Under the pieces are notes generated by a model, which searched no databases, had not been told where the DNA came from, and was given only the letters and a program-made list of their open reading frames with translations. DNA of 64,000 bases from a virus: positions 1 to 64,000 of IMG/VR virus record IMGVR_UViG_3300046665_000384. One strand, given 5' to 3'. Shown here piece by piece: positions 46,069 through 55,210 of this stretch; position 1 is the first letter of the stretch, and every line of letters starts with the position of its first letter. Position numbers and translations under genes: made by a program.

Positions 46069-46356
46069 TCATGCCGCGCACCCACCGGCCCGCCGGTAGG
46101 TCATTGGCTTAGCGGCGTACGCCTCGCGCATCCGACGCAACACGGCATCACGATTGCGCCAGAAATAGATGGCGGCCCTCATGCGCAACTCTAGACGATA
46201 GCGCTCGCGATACGTGGCCGTGTACTGCCTCACCTTGTCCGGGTTGTCACGCTTATACTGCGCCGACTTGGCCTTCAGCATGGCCTTGTTCGCTTGGTAA
46301 TACCGGCGCTTACGCTCGCGCTCCGCCTCGGTCGTTTTCAGCTCCCGGCGCATCAT
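46069..46356 (-). CDS. Basic helical protein resembling the N-terminal arm of HNH endonucleases
   Basis: RRYYQANK...YKRDNPDKVRQY; coupled to the upstream gene. Confidence 0.5.
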   Translation of the reverse strand: MMRRELKTTEAERERKRRYYQANKAMLKAKSAQYKRDNPDKVRQYTATYRERYRLELRMRAAIYFWRNRDAVLRRMREAYAAKPMTYRRAGGCAA

Positions 46357-46697
46357 GCTGCCGCCTCCACGGCCGCCAGAAACTCGCGCGCATCGGCCCG
46401 CCGGTATTCCCACAGGTGGGCGTGCTGCGGGTACCGCACGACGAACACGCGGGCCAGATCGGGCACCCAGTTCCCGTTCACCTTGAACGAGCACGCGCCG
46501 GCCTCGCGCAGCCGCGTGTAATGGCGAATCTCCTCCACGATGGTGCGGGCCGAGAAATGCCGGCGGCCGGCCGCGATCAGCTCCAGCGTCTGCCGCTCGA
46601 ACTGGCGGTAGATCGGCTCGTTCATCGCCAGCCACGGCAGGAAGCCGGGCCGGAAATACTCGTTGAATTGCACCAGATCGGCGCAGGTCGATTCCAT
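46353..46697 (-). CDS. Hypothetical phage protein
   Basis: AAGGAG RBS; FSARTIVEEIRH...FKVNGNW..DLAR. Confidence 0.7.
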   Translation of the reverse strand: MESTCADLVQFNEYFRPGFLPWLAMNEPIYRQFERQTLELIAAGRRHFSARTIVEEIRHYTRLREAGACSFKVNGNWVPDLARVFVVRYPQHAHLWEYRRADAREFLAAVEAAA

Positions 46698-46714
46698 GGC
46701 TGTTTCTCCTTTCG

Positions 46715-48244
46715 TTATGCCGCGTCTTGCATGCCCAGTTCGGCCAGAAGTCGTTTCTTGGCCTCGTCCTTGGCGTTGTCGTCGTTGGCGGCCACCTCGC
46801 CGCTCAGGTTGTAGTAGGCGTCTTCGAGGAAGCCGAACGCGAGCGAGTCAAACGCGTCAGGCGACGGGATGCCTTCCTTGCGCATGTCCTCTTTCTTGGC
46901 GATGTAGCGGCGGGCCTTCTCGTCGAAGTGGTACGGGATGCGCGAGCCCTCGCGGATGATCTGCTTGACGACGGCCGGGTCGATGCCCTCGTCTATGCCG
47001 AAGCGGCCCTCTTGGATCGCGCGCGCCAGCCCGCAAATAGCCTGCGCGCGCTGGTTCACATAGCGGTCCTTGTATTCCTTCTTGAAGTTCGGCGAGCCCC
47101 AGAGAACTTTCTTGAAGGCGTGGAAATCGGCCTTCTCCAGCGCCTTGCACACCGCGAGGCCGATGCCGCCCGCGTCGATCATGGTCATGGAGTTCGGCAG
47201 CTGACCGGCCTCGGTGACGATGCGCCCCGGCAGGTCCGACACGTCCTGATCGTTCGCGCACACCGGCACGCGCACGAGCTGCATGCGGCGCGCGTCGTCG
47301 CCGAACTCGCCATAGCCGGCCACCTTGACCGCGAACAGCGTCGTCTTGTCGCGGTACCCGCCGCCGCCCACGTCCGAGAGCTGGAGCCAGCCGTAATCCT
47401 CGCCCGGCAAGATGACCTGCCGGCCCACGCACGCCTGAATGGCCTTCGGGCCGAGCAGGTATTTGCTGGACTGCTCCGAAAACAGGCCCAGCACCTTGAT
47501 ATCGAATTCCTCGGGCGTGTACTGGAGCTTCTTCTCGGCGATGAACTCCTCGGACACGATGGGCGAATCGGCCGAGCTGAACGTCAGGTTGTTCCACGCG
47601 CCGCCCTCGCCCTTGGACAGCGTGTGGTGCGTGTCGTAGAAGAAGCCCGAGGCGCGGGTCGGCTGCGACGCGATGCACATGCGGTTGCGCTTGTCCGTCA
47701 GCGCGCCCGTGATCACGCCGAAGTTCGCATCAGGCACGCCGGACGCCTCGTCGACGAGGAACAGCAGCCAGTCCCGGTGCGCACCCGCGAGGTTTTCAGG
47801 CGAGCCGCGCGGCGCGGTCTTGGCCACAACCCACCAGTTCAGCTTGTAGCCCTTGATGTACACCCGCTCGGTTTCCACCTCGTAATACTCGTCCACCCAT
47901 CCGTGCGGGCCGGCGGCGATCTTGGCCTTGAGGTCGGCGAATTCCTTCCAGACACCATCTGCAACAGTGGCCTTCTTAGGCGCGGACAGGATCGTGTTCG
48001 AGTTGTAGAAGCAGAGCAGATGCCACAGGGCGATTACGGCAAAGCCGGCAGTCTTGCCGGTACCGTGGCCAGACGCCACCGACGTGCGCGATCCGGGCGG
48101 CGCAACGCTGTCGAACATCTCGACCTGCTGGTGCGTGGGCACCATGCGGCAGACCTCGATGGCGAACCGGGTCAGGTCGAACGAATAGCGCAGCACGAAA
48201 TCGCGGTAGCGCGGGTCTTCCCGGAGCGATTTTGTACGGGCCAC
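46715..48244 (-). CDS. pacB: Terminase large subunit (P1 PacB-like)
   Basis: Walker A SGHGTGKT, Walker B LFLVDEASG, nuclease Asp motifs (SDVGGG, IDAGGIG, SPDAFDS). Confidence 0.9.
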   Translation of the reverse strand: MARTKSLREDPRYRDFVLRYSFDLTRFAIEVCRMVPTHQQVEMFDSVAPPGSRTSVASGHGTGKTAGFAVIALWHLLCFYNSNTILSAPKKATVADGVWKEFADLKAKIAAGPHGWVDEYYEVETERVYIKGYKLNWWVVAKTAPRGSPENLAGAHRDWLLFLVDEASGVPDANFGVITGALTDKRNRMCIASQPTRASGFFYDTHHTLSKGEGGAWNNLTFSSADSPIVSEEFIAEKKLQYTPEEFDIKVLGLFSEQSSKYLLGPKAIQACVGRQVILPGEDYGWLQLSDVGGGGYRDKTTLFAVKVAGYGEFGDDARRMQLVRVPVCANDQDVSDLPGRIVTEAGQLPNSMTMIDAGGIGLAVCKALEKADFHAFKKVLWGSPNFKKEYKDRYVNQRAQAICGLARAIQEGRFGIDEGIDPAVVKQIIREGSRIPYHFDEKARRYIAKKEDMRKEGIPSPDAFDSLAFGFLEDAYYNLSGEVAANDDNAKDEAKKRLLAELGMQDAA

Positions 48245-48247
48245 CCG

Positions 48248-49159
48248 TTACCCCCTGACCACCACGTCGGTGACGGCAGCAGCGGCGGCCTTCTTGCGCG
48301 CGAGCACGCGCTGACGGTTGGCCTCCATCTGGGCCATCGCCTCGGCATACGTGTTGTCCAGCGCATCGTTGTCGATGGGCGTGATGTTGACCTCGGTTTT
48401 CGTCTCGACCTGATCCTTCCAGCCGATCAGGTTCTTCGCGGCCAGTGTGGCGAAGCGACCCTCATAGCAGCCGGACAGCCCGCCCTCGATCAGCAAGGCG
48501 TCCTGAAAATCCTTCGCGCGCGCGTATGCGTAAGCAAATTCCGGGTACTTGGGGGTGCCGTCCGCGTGCGTGATGGTCGCCCACTCGTGCAGCGTCTGCC
48601 GCGTGACCCCGAGTTTCGAGGCGAACCGGGTGATCGTGGGGAATGTGTTGATCACGACGCGCTTGACTGTCCGCAATCCCCCGTTTCCGTCCGGCTCCTC
48701 GCTTTCGACCACCGATTGCACTGGGATGTCGAAGAACCTGATCATCTCGTCGCAATACTCGGCGCGGTATTCCGTGGGGCGGCCGACAGGTCGCTTACCC
48801 GTGAGGAGCTGCCAATCGGTGGCGGAGAGCCTGCCGGACGTACCCAGCGCGGAGGATTCATCGGAGGAGGTGCTGCCCTTGGCCGAAACTTTCGACGGCT
48901 TGTCCTTGCCCGAAACTTTCGCGGGCTTGGATGGGGCCGAAACTTTCGGCTCGGGCTTGGGTTGCGGGGGTGCTTCAGGGGCGGGCTGGGAAGATGCCGG
49001 CGCGGCCCCTCCCCTCACCCATCCGTCTTTCTCGGCCTTCTGGCCTACTGCGGGGCGGCTGCATCCGAAGATGTCGGCGATGTTCTGGAACGTGACCTCG
49101 GGATCACCTTCCCACAACTCGCGGGCCTGCGCCCATTGTTCCTTGGTCAACCGTGCCAT
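48248..49159 (-). CDS. Terminase small subunit (PacA-like)
   Basis: N-terminal HTH, GRPTEYRAEY, PTITRFASKLGVTRQTLHEW...YPEF; directly upstream of the large subunit. Confidence 0.85.
   Translation of the reverse strand: MARLTKEQWAQARELWEGDPEVTFQNIADIFGCSRPAVGQKAEKDGWVRGGAAPASSQPAPEAPPQPKPEPKVSAPSKPAKVSGKDKPSKVSAKGSTSSDESSALGTSGRLSATDWQLLTGKRPVGRPTEYRAEYCDEMIRFFDIPVQSVVESEEPDGNGGLRTVKRVVINTFPTITRFASKLGVTRQTLHEWATITHADGTPKYPEFAYAYARAKDFQDALLIEGGLSGCYEGRFATLAAKNLIGWKDQVETKTEVNITPIDNDALDNTYAEAMAQMEANRQRVLARKKAAAAAVTDVVVRG
48883..48948. repeat. 3x CCGAAACTTTCG at 27-bp period inside terS (candidate pac)
   Basis: Exact 12-mers at 48883, 48910 and 48937; related CGTAACTTTC at 49215 and 49235. Confidence 0.6.
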
Positions 49160-49204
49160 TCGTTCCCTTGTACTGCCCCGAGATAGAGTTACCGCCCAGT
49201 CGCG

Positions 49205-49246
49205 ATTATCGAGGCGTAACTTTCGGGCTCAGGGCGTAACTTTCCT
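49205..49246 (-). promoter_or_regulatory. Late-type promoter G (AGGAAAG-N29-GATAAT)
   Basis: Same spacing; upstream of terS. Confidence 0.7.
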
Positions 49247-49396
49247 ATTTCCAGCGCTCGATGATCACGATGAGGGCAAAGGCCATTCCCCCTACGTACG
49301 CGACCATGAACCAGAACCGGCTGCTGAATGGCTCGGGGTCGACCAAGCCGGCAAGGCCGAGCGCACAGGCGGCCAGCATTCCCCACGCGGCGAGGA

Positions 49397-50110
49397 TCAT
49401 TCGTCGAGCCCCAGCGTGTATTGGCGGTCGTCCACGTACGGCGACAGCGGGCCGGCCTTCCCCTGCGCGATGGCGAGGCAGTGCTGCTCTTGCAGCGCGC
49501 GGCGCTTCAGCGTCTCCTTGATCGGGATGGCGGTCTGCTCCAGACGCTCCACCTTGCTCACGAGTGACGAGCTGCCGCGCATCTCATCGTCGAACGACGG
49601 GTTCAGCTCGCGCAGGCGCTGCAACGAGGCGGACACGGCCTCTGCCGCGCCCACGATGGACTGGAGGTCGATCCGGGCGGCGTTCCTCTCCGCGCCGAAG
49701 CGGACAAAGGCGGTCGTCATCGCGGCGGCCTGCGCTTCCAGCAGGTGCTCGAACCCGCGCAGCATGGCGAAGTTCTCGGCGGCGACAGGATCGCGCTCCG
49801 GGTTCGGGGACAGGCCCAGCAGGTAATCCACGGATACGGAGTACACGCGGCTCATGTTCAGCAGGAACTGCCAGTCGTTCGGCACCTTGCGCCCGCCGTT
49901 CTCGATCTCGCTCAGCTGCGTGCTGTTCTTGTAGCCCAGCCGGGTAGCGGCCTCCACGGCGGTCATCCCGTTCATCACGCGCGCCGAAATCATCCGCTCG
50001 CGCATCATCTCTTTCTGCCGGGGCACGTCCTTATTGCGCACGAAGCGCTTCGCCGGGGCGCTCGGCACGCCGTCCAGCGCAATGATCACGTCGGTGGAGT
50101 CTGTCGTCAT
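49397..50110 (-). CDS. XRE-family HTH protein (candidate late activator)
   Basis: ARVMNGMTAVEAATRLGYKNSTQLSEIENG...VSVDYLLGL; occupies the position of lpa before pacAB in P1. Confidence 0.75.
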   Translation of the reverse strand: MTTDSTDVIIALDGVPSAPAKRFVRNKDVPRQKEMMRERMISARVMNGMTAVEAATRLGYKNSTQLSEIENGGRKVPNDWQFLLNMSRVYSVSVDYLLGLSPNPERDPVAAENFAMLRGFEHLLEAQAAAMTTAFVRFGAERNAARIDLQSIVGAAEAVSASLQRLRELNPSFDDEMRGSSSLVSKVERLEQTAIPIKETLKRRALQEQHCLAIAQGKAGPLSPYVDDRQYTLGLDE

Positions 50111-50568
50111 ACGAATCCCAATATCTGATTTACAACACTGTCCAAATTCGCCCGATTTTGGTACTTGATGAGCACCCCGCGCAGCAGGACGTTCGCGACG
50201 TTGCTGTACAGGCGCTCGAAATCCTCTTGGCTCATGCGCGCGAAGCTGATCGACTTGGCGCGCACGCGGATGTCACCGTTAATGCGGAACGTGACAGTGC
50301 GGAACCCGGCTGCGATGATCACGTCCTCGCGGAACTGGTCGAAATCCTTCTCGACCGGGTAGCCCTTGTACGTCTCCTCGGGCGGGTGGAAGGCGTCGAA
50401 GCCGAGGCGCAGCAGGGCCATGAACTTCCGGTGGAACATCGGGTTGCGGGTCTGCGTCAGCTCGACCTTGACCAGCGCGCCCAGCTTGATCTTCTTGATC
50501 TTCTCGGCCTCGTGCTCGTCGGCCGGCACCAGCGCGCCCTGCGCAACCTTGATGAGATTGATTTCCAT
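50107..50568 (-). CDS. DUF1367-like protein
   Basis: RNPMFHRKFMALLRLGF...AKSISFARMSQEDFERLY. Confidence 0.85.
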   Translation of the reverse strand: MEINLIKVAQGALVPADEHEAEKIKKIKLGALVKVELTQTRNPMFHRKFMALLRLGFDAFHPPEETYKGYPVEKDFDQFREDVIIAAGFRTVTFRINGDIRVRAKSISFARMSQEDFERLYSNVANVLLRGVLIKYQNRANLDSVVNQILGFV

Positions 50569-50570
50569 GC

Positions 50571-50945
50571 TTACGCGGCCCCCGGCTGGTCGGCGAACGG
50601 GAACAGGAGCGCGAGCATGCCCGAGCGGAATGCATGCTCACCGCGCGGCCATTCGTTCGCAGGCACGAAGCGCCGAATCACGGGCAGCTCCGGGTCCACG
50701 CCGATGATTCCGTAGACCGCGCGCCGGCCAACACCGCGTCCGCCCTGCCCATCCTCCAGCACCTCGATGCGGCCGGTCTCGCGCAGGTGCAACAGGAAGC
50801 GCATCACCGTCACCCGAGGCAGCTTGAGGGCGTCGGCCAGCTCCTGCGAATTAGCCGCGCCCCGCGCCTTCAGCTGAACCATGATGGCGTCGATCCGCTC
50901 ACGGGACATCCGGGTTTCCATGTTGTACTGATCGCGGGTCGTCAC
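50571..50945 (-). CDS. Winged-helix protein
   Basis: NSQELADALKLPRVTVMRFLLHLRETGRI. Confidence 0.7.
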   Translation of the reverse strand: MTTRDQYNMETRMSRERIDAIMVQLKARGAANSQELADALKLPRVTVMRFLLHLRETGRIEVLEDGQGGRGVGRRAVYGIIGVDPELPVIRRFVPANEWPRGEHAFRSGMLALLFPFADQPGAA

Positions 50946-51427
50946 TTCTTCCTCGTTTCTCGGATGAGAATGCCGTGCACGGTGCGCATCAGGTGCTTCT
51001 TGATGCGGTAGACCGGCTGCTTACGCGTGATGTCGCTCTTGAAGTCCTCGACCACCAGCACGCCGTCCTCGCGGTAGGTGAAATCAGCGATGTAGCGCAG
51101 GGCTGGCTTCGTGCGGCGGATCACCTTCCCCTTGCGCACCTGCGTCTCGCCGAGGTCGCAGGCCGGGGCCAGCACGAACGGCACGCTGCGCTTCAGGGCC
51201 GTGATCGCGCCGGCTGCTTCCAGCGCCAGCAGCTCGGCGTAACGGTCACGCTCGCCGCCGCTGTCGAACTTCTCGCCCTGCGCGTCCACCACTTTCTTGT
51301 TGCGGTACTTGGGCTTTCCCGGTTTCGCGGGAATGTTCGGCGAGGCACCAGCGCCAGCGGCCGGGATCGAGCCGTGCGAGGCGGCGATCACGTCGGCCAT
51401 GGACCAGCGCTTACCCTTGCCGCGCAT
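50942..51427 (-). CDS. DUF1064-like protein (nuclease fold)
   Basis: KYRNKKV...FDS..E..RY...YIADFTY...VVEDFKS...YRIKKHLM. Confidence 0.85.
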   Translation of the reverse strand: MRGKGKRWSMADVIAASHGSIPAAGAGASPNIPAKPGKPKYRNKKVVDAQGEKFDSGGERDRYAELLALEAAGAITALKRSVPFVLAPACDLGETQVRKGKVIRRTKPALRYIADFTYREDGVLVVEDFKSDITRKQPVYRIKKHLMRTVHGILIRETRKK

Positions 51428-51437
51428 CGCCCGCTCC

Positions 51438-51770
51438 TTACGCCACCAGACCCGACGTCACGCCCATCAGTTCGCGCGACTTATCGATGTCCCAGCCCGT
51501 CACGTCGTAGATGCGCACCAGAATCGCGTCCGTCACCGACAGCTTCTTGTTGCGGAGCTTGCTGACGACCGGCGGCGGCAGCAGGAGGGCACGGGACAGG
51601 GCCGCGTCGTTGCGCTTTTTCTGCGGCAGCTCCATCAGCAGTTCATCGATCAGCGCGTCGAGCAGCTTGGCCGGGTCGTAGTCCGGATTTTCCAGATAGT
51701 TCTGGGTCAGGTGAATGAATTCCGGCCGGGCCTTCTCGGTGGCGATCTTGCCGTCGTTTTGCGCTGTCAT
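51438..51770 (-). CDS. HTH-like DNA-binding protein
   Basis: NDAALSRALLLPPPVVSKLRNKKL; has its own AT-rich upstream region. Confidence 0.7.
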   Translation of the reverse strand: MTAQNDGKIATEKARPEFIHLTQNYLENPDYDPAKLLDALIDELLMELPQKKRNDAALSRALLLPPPVVSKLRNKKLSVTDAILVRIYDVTGWDIDKSRELMGVTSGLVA

Positions 51771-51908
51771 TGGCTTGCTCTCCGTAGATGCAATATAAAG
51801 AAAAATAGGGAAATCGATATATTTCTATCGACTTCCCTATTACTGACAGCAAACTATAGATATGTCAATATTTCTAAACGCAAAAACGCCTTGAAAATTG
51901 CATTTGGA

Positions 51909-52148
51909 CTACTTTCCTGCCTTTCTTGCCGCGTCGTACTCGACCTTGCGCCTGTACTCCGCTGTTACATCTTTCACCAGTTGGTCCGCCACGTCGTGCC
52001 CATCTTCGCGCCGCACCCTGTTGTAGACCTCCTGCCGCCTGCCCTTTGGCATTCCTGCCAGCGCCCGGATTTCACAACATCGCCGCCCTTTCTTCGTCCG
52101 CCCCGAGAACGTCCGGCACCATTCGCAGATCAGGTCAGGCTCGCCCAT
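51909..52148 (-). CDS. Small Cys-containing protein
   Basis: CEWC...CC; operon packing. Confidence 0.5.
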   Translation of the reverse strand: MGEPDLICEWCRTFSGRTKKGRRCCEIRALAGMPKGRRQEVYNRVRREDGHDVADQLVKDVTAEYRRKVEYDAARKAGK

Positions 52149-53314
52149 GCGTCCGGCCATGCGATGTATGCCATCTTGCCCATGAACTCCCACAGCTGGC
52201 GGGCATGGTCGGCCGGGATGACACGCTGCTGGCCGTCGACGGTGACGAGCAGCGAATTGTCCGACAGGAGGCCGGCAACGAACTTGTCGGCGGCGGCCTT
52301 GTCGGCGATGGCGGCGGCTGCTTTTTCCGGGGATGATCGCAAACGCCCGTTTTCGTACACCCCCGGCCGGCTGAAGTCGAGACTGTCAATTCCGGCCTCC
52401 GGTTCCGCTACGACGGGCGCGGCAGCGGTAGGGGCCGCTTCCGCAGGTGCCAGCTCTGGCACTTTCTCCGCGACCGGGATGCAGTCGCCGCACAGCAGCT
52501 TGCGCTCGGCGGCGTCGCGCGGGTCATCGGCGTGCGGTCCGCAGTTCATCGTGCATTGCTTCGTCGCCGGGTCGAACGCGGCCAGTTCGGCGGGGTCGGC
52601 GCGCGGGAAGCTCGGCTGCGTCGGTACTAGTTCGCGCACGGTCACGACCGGCTCGGGCAGATCGACGGCGGCCGGCGCTTTCTCCTGCGGACGCACCAGC
52701 ACCCAGTCACTGCCCACGCGTGCAATCTCGTTGCGCTTGATCGCACCGCGCAGGTAGCTGATCGGGTAGTGGTGCTTCGGCAGCCCCATCGCAACGGACA
52801 GGACAGCCGACGACACCGGGCCGCTGCTTTCGCGCAGGCACTGCATACCCAGCTCCGTACGGCTCGGGCCATCCGCGCGCACCACGCGCTGCAACGGAAC
52901 GCTTTCCTTGCGCGTCACGGGCACGTCGATTTCCTGCGGCTTTTCCGGCTGGGCAGGCACAGGCGCGGCGGCGGTTGCTGCCGGGGCCACATCGCGTGCT
53001 GGTGCTGGTTCTGGCGAGGCGGCCGGCACGACTACCTTCCGTACTGCCGGCGGCAGCGCGCGTACCACACGGGCCGGCAGCGACTCGGGCGCGGGCGTCT
53101 GCACCTCGGCTTTGGGCTGCGCGTCCCGGTAGCGGAACGACAGCACCTCGCGGCCGTTCGGAGCGATGATCGGCTCCTCCACGATCACGAGGGCGCGAAT
53201 CTCGTCCGCGATCAGCGGGCGCACGCGCTCAAGATCGATGTCCAGCTTGTCCGAAATCTCGACGGTGCGGATGTTCGGGTTCGCGCGGATCAGGTCTAGG
53301 ATTTGTTGCTTCAT
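52130..53314 (-). CDS. Multi-wHTH, Pro/Ala-rich protein
   Basis: N-terminal ILDLIRANPNIRTVEISDKL; AGGAG RBS. Confidence 0.65.
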   Translation of the reverse strand: MKQQILDLIRANPNIRTVEISDKLDIDLERVRPLIADEIRALVIVEEPIIAPNGREVLSFRYRDAQPKAEVQTPAPESLPARVVRALPPAVRKVVVPAASPEPAPARDVAPAATAAAPVPAQPEKPQEIDVPVTRKESVPLQRVVRADGPSRTELGMQCLRESSGPVSSAVLSVAMGLPKHHYPISYLRGAIKRNEIARVGSDWVLVRPQEKAPAAVDLPEPVVTVRELVPTQPSFPRADPAELAAFDPATKQCTMNCGPHADDPRDAAERKLLCGDCIPVAEKVPELAPAEAAPTAAAPVVAEPEAGIDSLDFSRPGVYENGRLRSSPEKAAAAIADKAAADKFVAGLLSDNSLLVTVDGQQRVIPADHARQLWEFMGKMAYIAWPDAWASLT

Positions 53315-54159
53315 GGCGACTCCTGTTCGTTTGTCTCGGCGTCGTCGTCGGCGCGCAGCCGGGCCAACGCCTCCTTTGCAAATGCCACCTGCGCGGGCGT
53401 GACCGGCTCGCCGGCAGCATGCCGTTCGAGGATCGTGCGCGCGCGCTTGATCGCCAGTTCACGTGACGGGGCGCGGTCGGCGAGGTCACGCATGGCGGAC
53501 ATCGCACTGGCCTTTGCCTCGGCCGATGTGACAAAGGCACCTTCGGCGTTACGGGCTGGAGCGGCGAGCTGGGGCTGATCCAATACTGGCACGCTCGGGC
53601 ACTCCCCCGACAAGCGCTTGTCCAATAGCCGTTTCCAGCGCTCGGCGGCCTGCCCGTAGCTGGCCTGCCGCAGCTCGAACCGGCCGAAGTCCATGGCCGC
53701 CCAGTACACGGCCGGGACCGGCCAGCTGTCCTCTCCAGTGCGGCGCTTGCGCAGCTCCCGCACGGCGTAGTTGAAGGCATCCTCGTAGTCCAGCTCGGGC
53801 TTGCACAGTGCGACGAACTGCCCCTCCGTTGGCGGCCACGTCGGGAATTCGGTGCGGCACCGCTCGATGCCCTCCAGCGCCATCTGGAACGTGATGCCGC
53901 TGTTGATGAGGGCGCTCGTCCACGCCTTTTTCCAGTCCGCGATCACATCCGGGCTCGTAAAGTGCGAACTCCACTTGTGCATGTACATCGAGGCGAATCG
54001 TGCATAGAGACGGTCGATGGCCGACAGCATCCGGCGGACTTCACGGAAGCCGCCCATGCCATCGGGCTCCTGCCCGATCACCTCACGCGGGGCGTTCCAC
54101 GAATTGAGCGTCGATGGTGTAGGGGTCGACTGCTGGGTAAGCTGGTGCTGCGGGTGCAT
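53311..54159 (-). CDS. Lambda P-like replication protein (helicase-loader position)
   Basis: WKKAW...GIT...GIERCR...WPPTEGQFVALC...W..PAVYWAA. Confidence 0.75.
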   Translation of the reverse strand: MHPQHQLTQQSTPTPSTLNSWNAPREVIGQEPDGMGGFREVRRMLSAIDRLYARFASMYMHKWSSHFTSPDVIADWKKAWTSALINSGITFQMALEGIERCRTEFPTWPPTEGQFVALCKPELDYEDAFNYAVRELRKRRTGEDSWPVPAVYWAAMDFGRFELRQASYGQAAERWKRLLDKRLSGECPSVPVLDQPQLAAPARNAEGAFVTSAEAKASAMSAMRDLADRAPSRELAIKRARTILERHAAGEPVTPAQVAFAKEALARLRADDDAETNEQESP

Positions 54160-55078
54160 AAGCGGCTCCTGAATTCACGTAGGCATTGGGGTCGAACTTG
54201 GCCGGGCGGGATGGCGCGCTGACAGTCGGTGCTTGAGGAGCGGCTTTCAGCTCGAACAGTCCCGTCCACCCGCGCTCCACGCTGGTTTCGATGACGGCCA
54301 CGGGATCATTCCCTTTGGCTCGCAGCTTTGCCAGCGTCTTCAGACACAGAGCGGCCTTGTCGTCATCCAGCGCCGAGCGTTTATCTTTGGCGCGGTGGCG
54401 GACCCACATATCCCACGTTTCTTGAGGAAGCCAGTCAGGCAAAACAACGACCGGCGTAGCCGGACTCGCCTTTGCTTTTGGCGTTTTTGGCTCCGGCGGC
54501 GCAGGTGGCGCAGGTGGCGCAGGTGGCACCGTAGGCGCAGCCGGGTTGGTTTTATCTGAGGTTACATCTGTGGTTATATCTGTACTCTTAGTAGATTTGG
54601 CAGATTTGCCAATTCCATTTGGGGTTTTCGCCAAGCCATTTGGGCTTTTTGCCAAATGGCCTTCACCGCCCTTTTCACCCCCATTTGTGGTTTTTGCCAA
54701 ATGGGGTTTACCGCCGTCTTCGCCCCCATTTGGGCTTTTTGCCAAATGCTCTGGCGGGGGCAAAAACTTGGCCTCGTCGGCGAAGGCGAACCACTTCGTG
54801 CGGTCGCCCGGACGCGAACTGTAGAAGCCCGTAACCAGTACGCCCTTCTTCTCAAGGCTCTCCAGCGTGCGGCGGATTTGGTCAGCCGTCATGTACGGGA
54901 ACAGGATGCCCAGCGCGCGCACGCTGTTGTACAGCCACGTACGGCCGTCGTGCTGGTGCGTGCCGTTGGCACGGTTCCGGACGATCCAGAACTGGAAGTT
55001 GGAGATGATGATCGCCTCGGAAATTCCGTACAGCTTGGCGTGATCGATGTCAAAGGAGTGGTTCATGCGCACCTCCAC
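54083..55078 (-). CDS. Replication initiator (lambda O-like) containing the origin
   Basis: N-terminal wHTH; C-terminal LPDWLPQETWDMWVRHR...S..RGWTGLF; internal iterons. Confidence 0.8.
   Translation of the reverse strand: MEVRMNHSFDIDHAKLYGISEAIIISNFQFWIVRNRANGTHQHDGRTWLYNSVRALGILFPYMTADQIRRTLESLEKKGVLVTGFYSSRPGDRTKWFAFADEAKFLPPPEHLAKSPNGGEDGGKPHLAKTTNGGEKGGEGHLAKSPNGLAKTPNGIGKSAKSTKSTDITTDVTSDKTNPAAPTVPPAPPAPPAPPEPKTPKAKASPATPVVVLPDWLPQETWDMWVRHRAKDKRSALDDDKAALCLKTLAKLRAKGNDPVAVIETSVERGWTGLFELKAAPQAPTVSAPSRPAKFDPNAYVNSGAAYAPAAPAYPAVDPYTIDAQFVERPA
54543..54749. repeat. Replication origin: 4 iterons (CCATTTG...GCCAA) plus an AT-rich tract
   Basis: Iterons start at 54615, 54636, 54681 and 54726; GGTTWYATCTG occurs 3 times in 54548-54582. 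Confidence 0.8.
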
Positions 55079-55210
55079 AGAGCGTGCGCATGGGCCGCCA
55101 CGAGGACGGTATGTGTTTGATGTACCTCATAGGAGGCATGGAGCGCCAAAAACTTGGGCTCGACGCGCGCGATGGCGCGCACCACAGAGTTAATCTGTGG
55201 TACTATTTTC

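Noticed and set aside
49215-49244. AAGTTAC on the minus strand resembling the P1 Lpa operator AAGTTACTT
   Set aside because: Only a partial match and absent from the other six late-type promoters.
48883-54749. CRISPR array
   Set aside because: The repeats are short, few and intragenic (terS repeats, iterons); no repeat-spacer array or cas operon is present.
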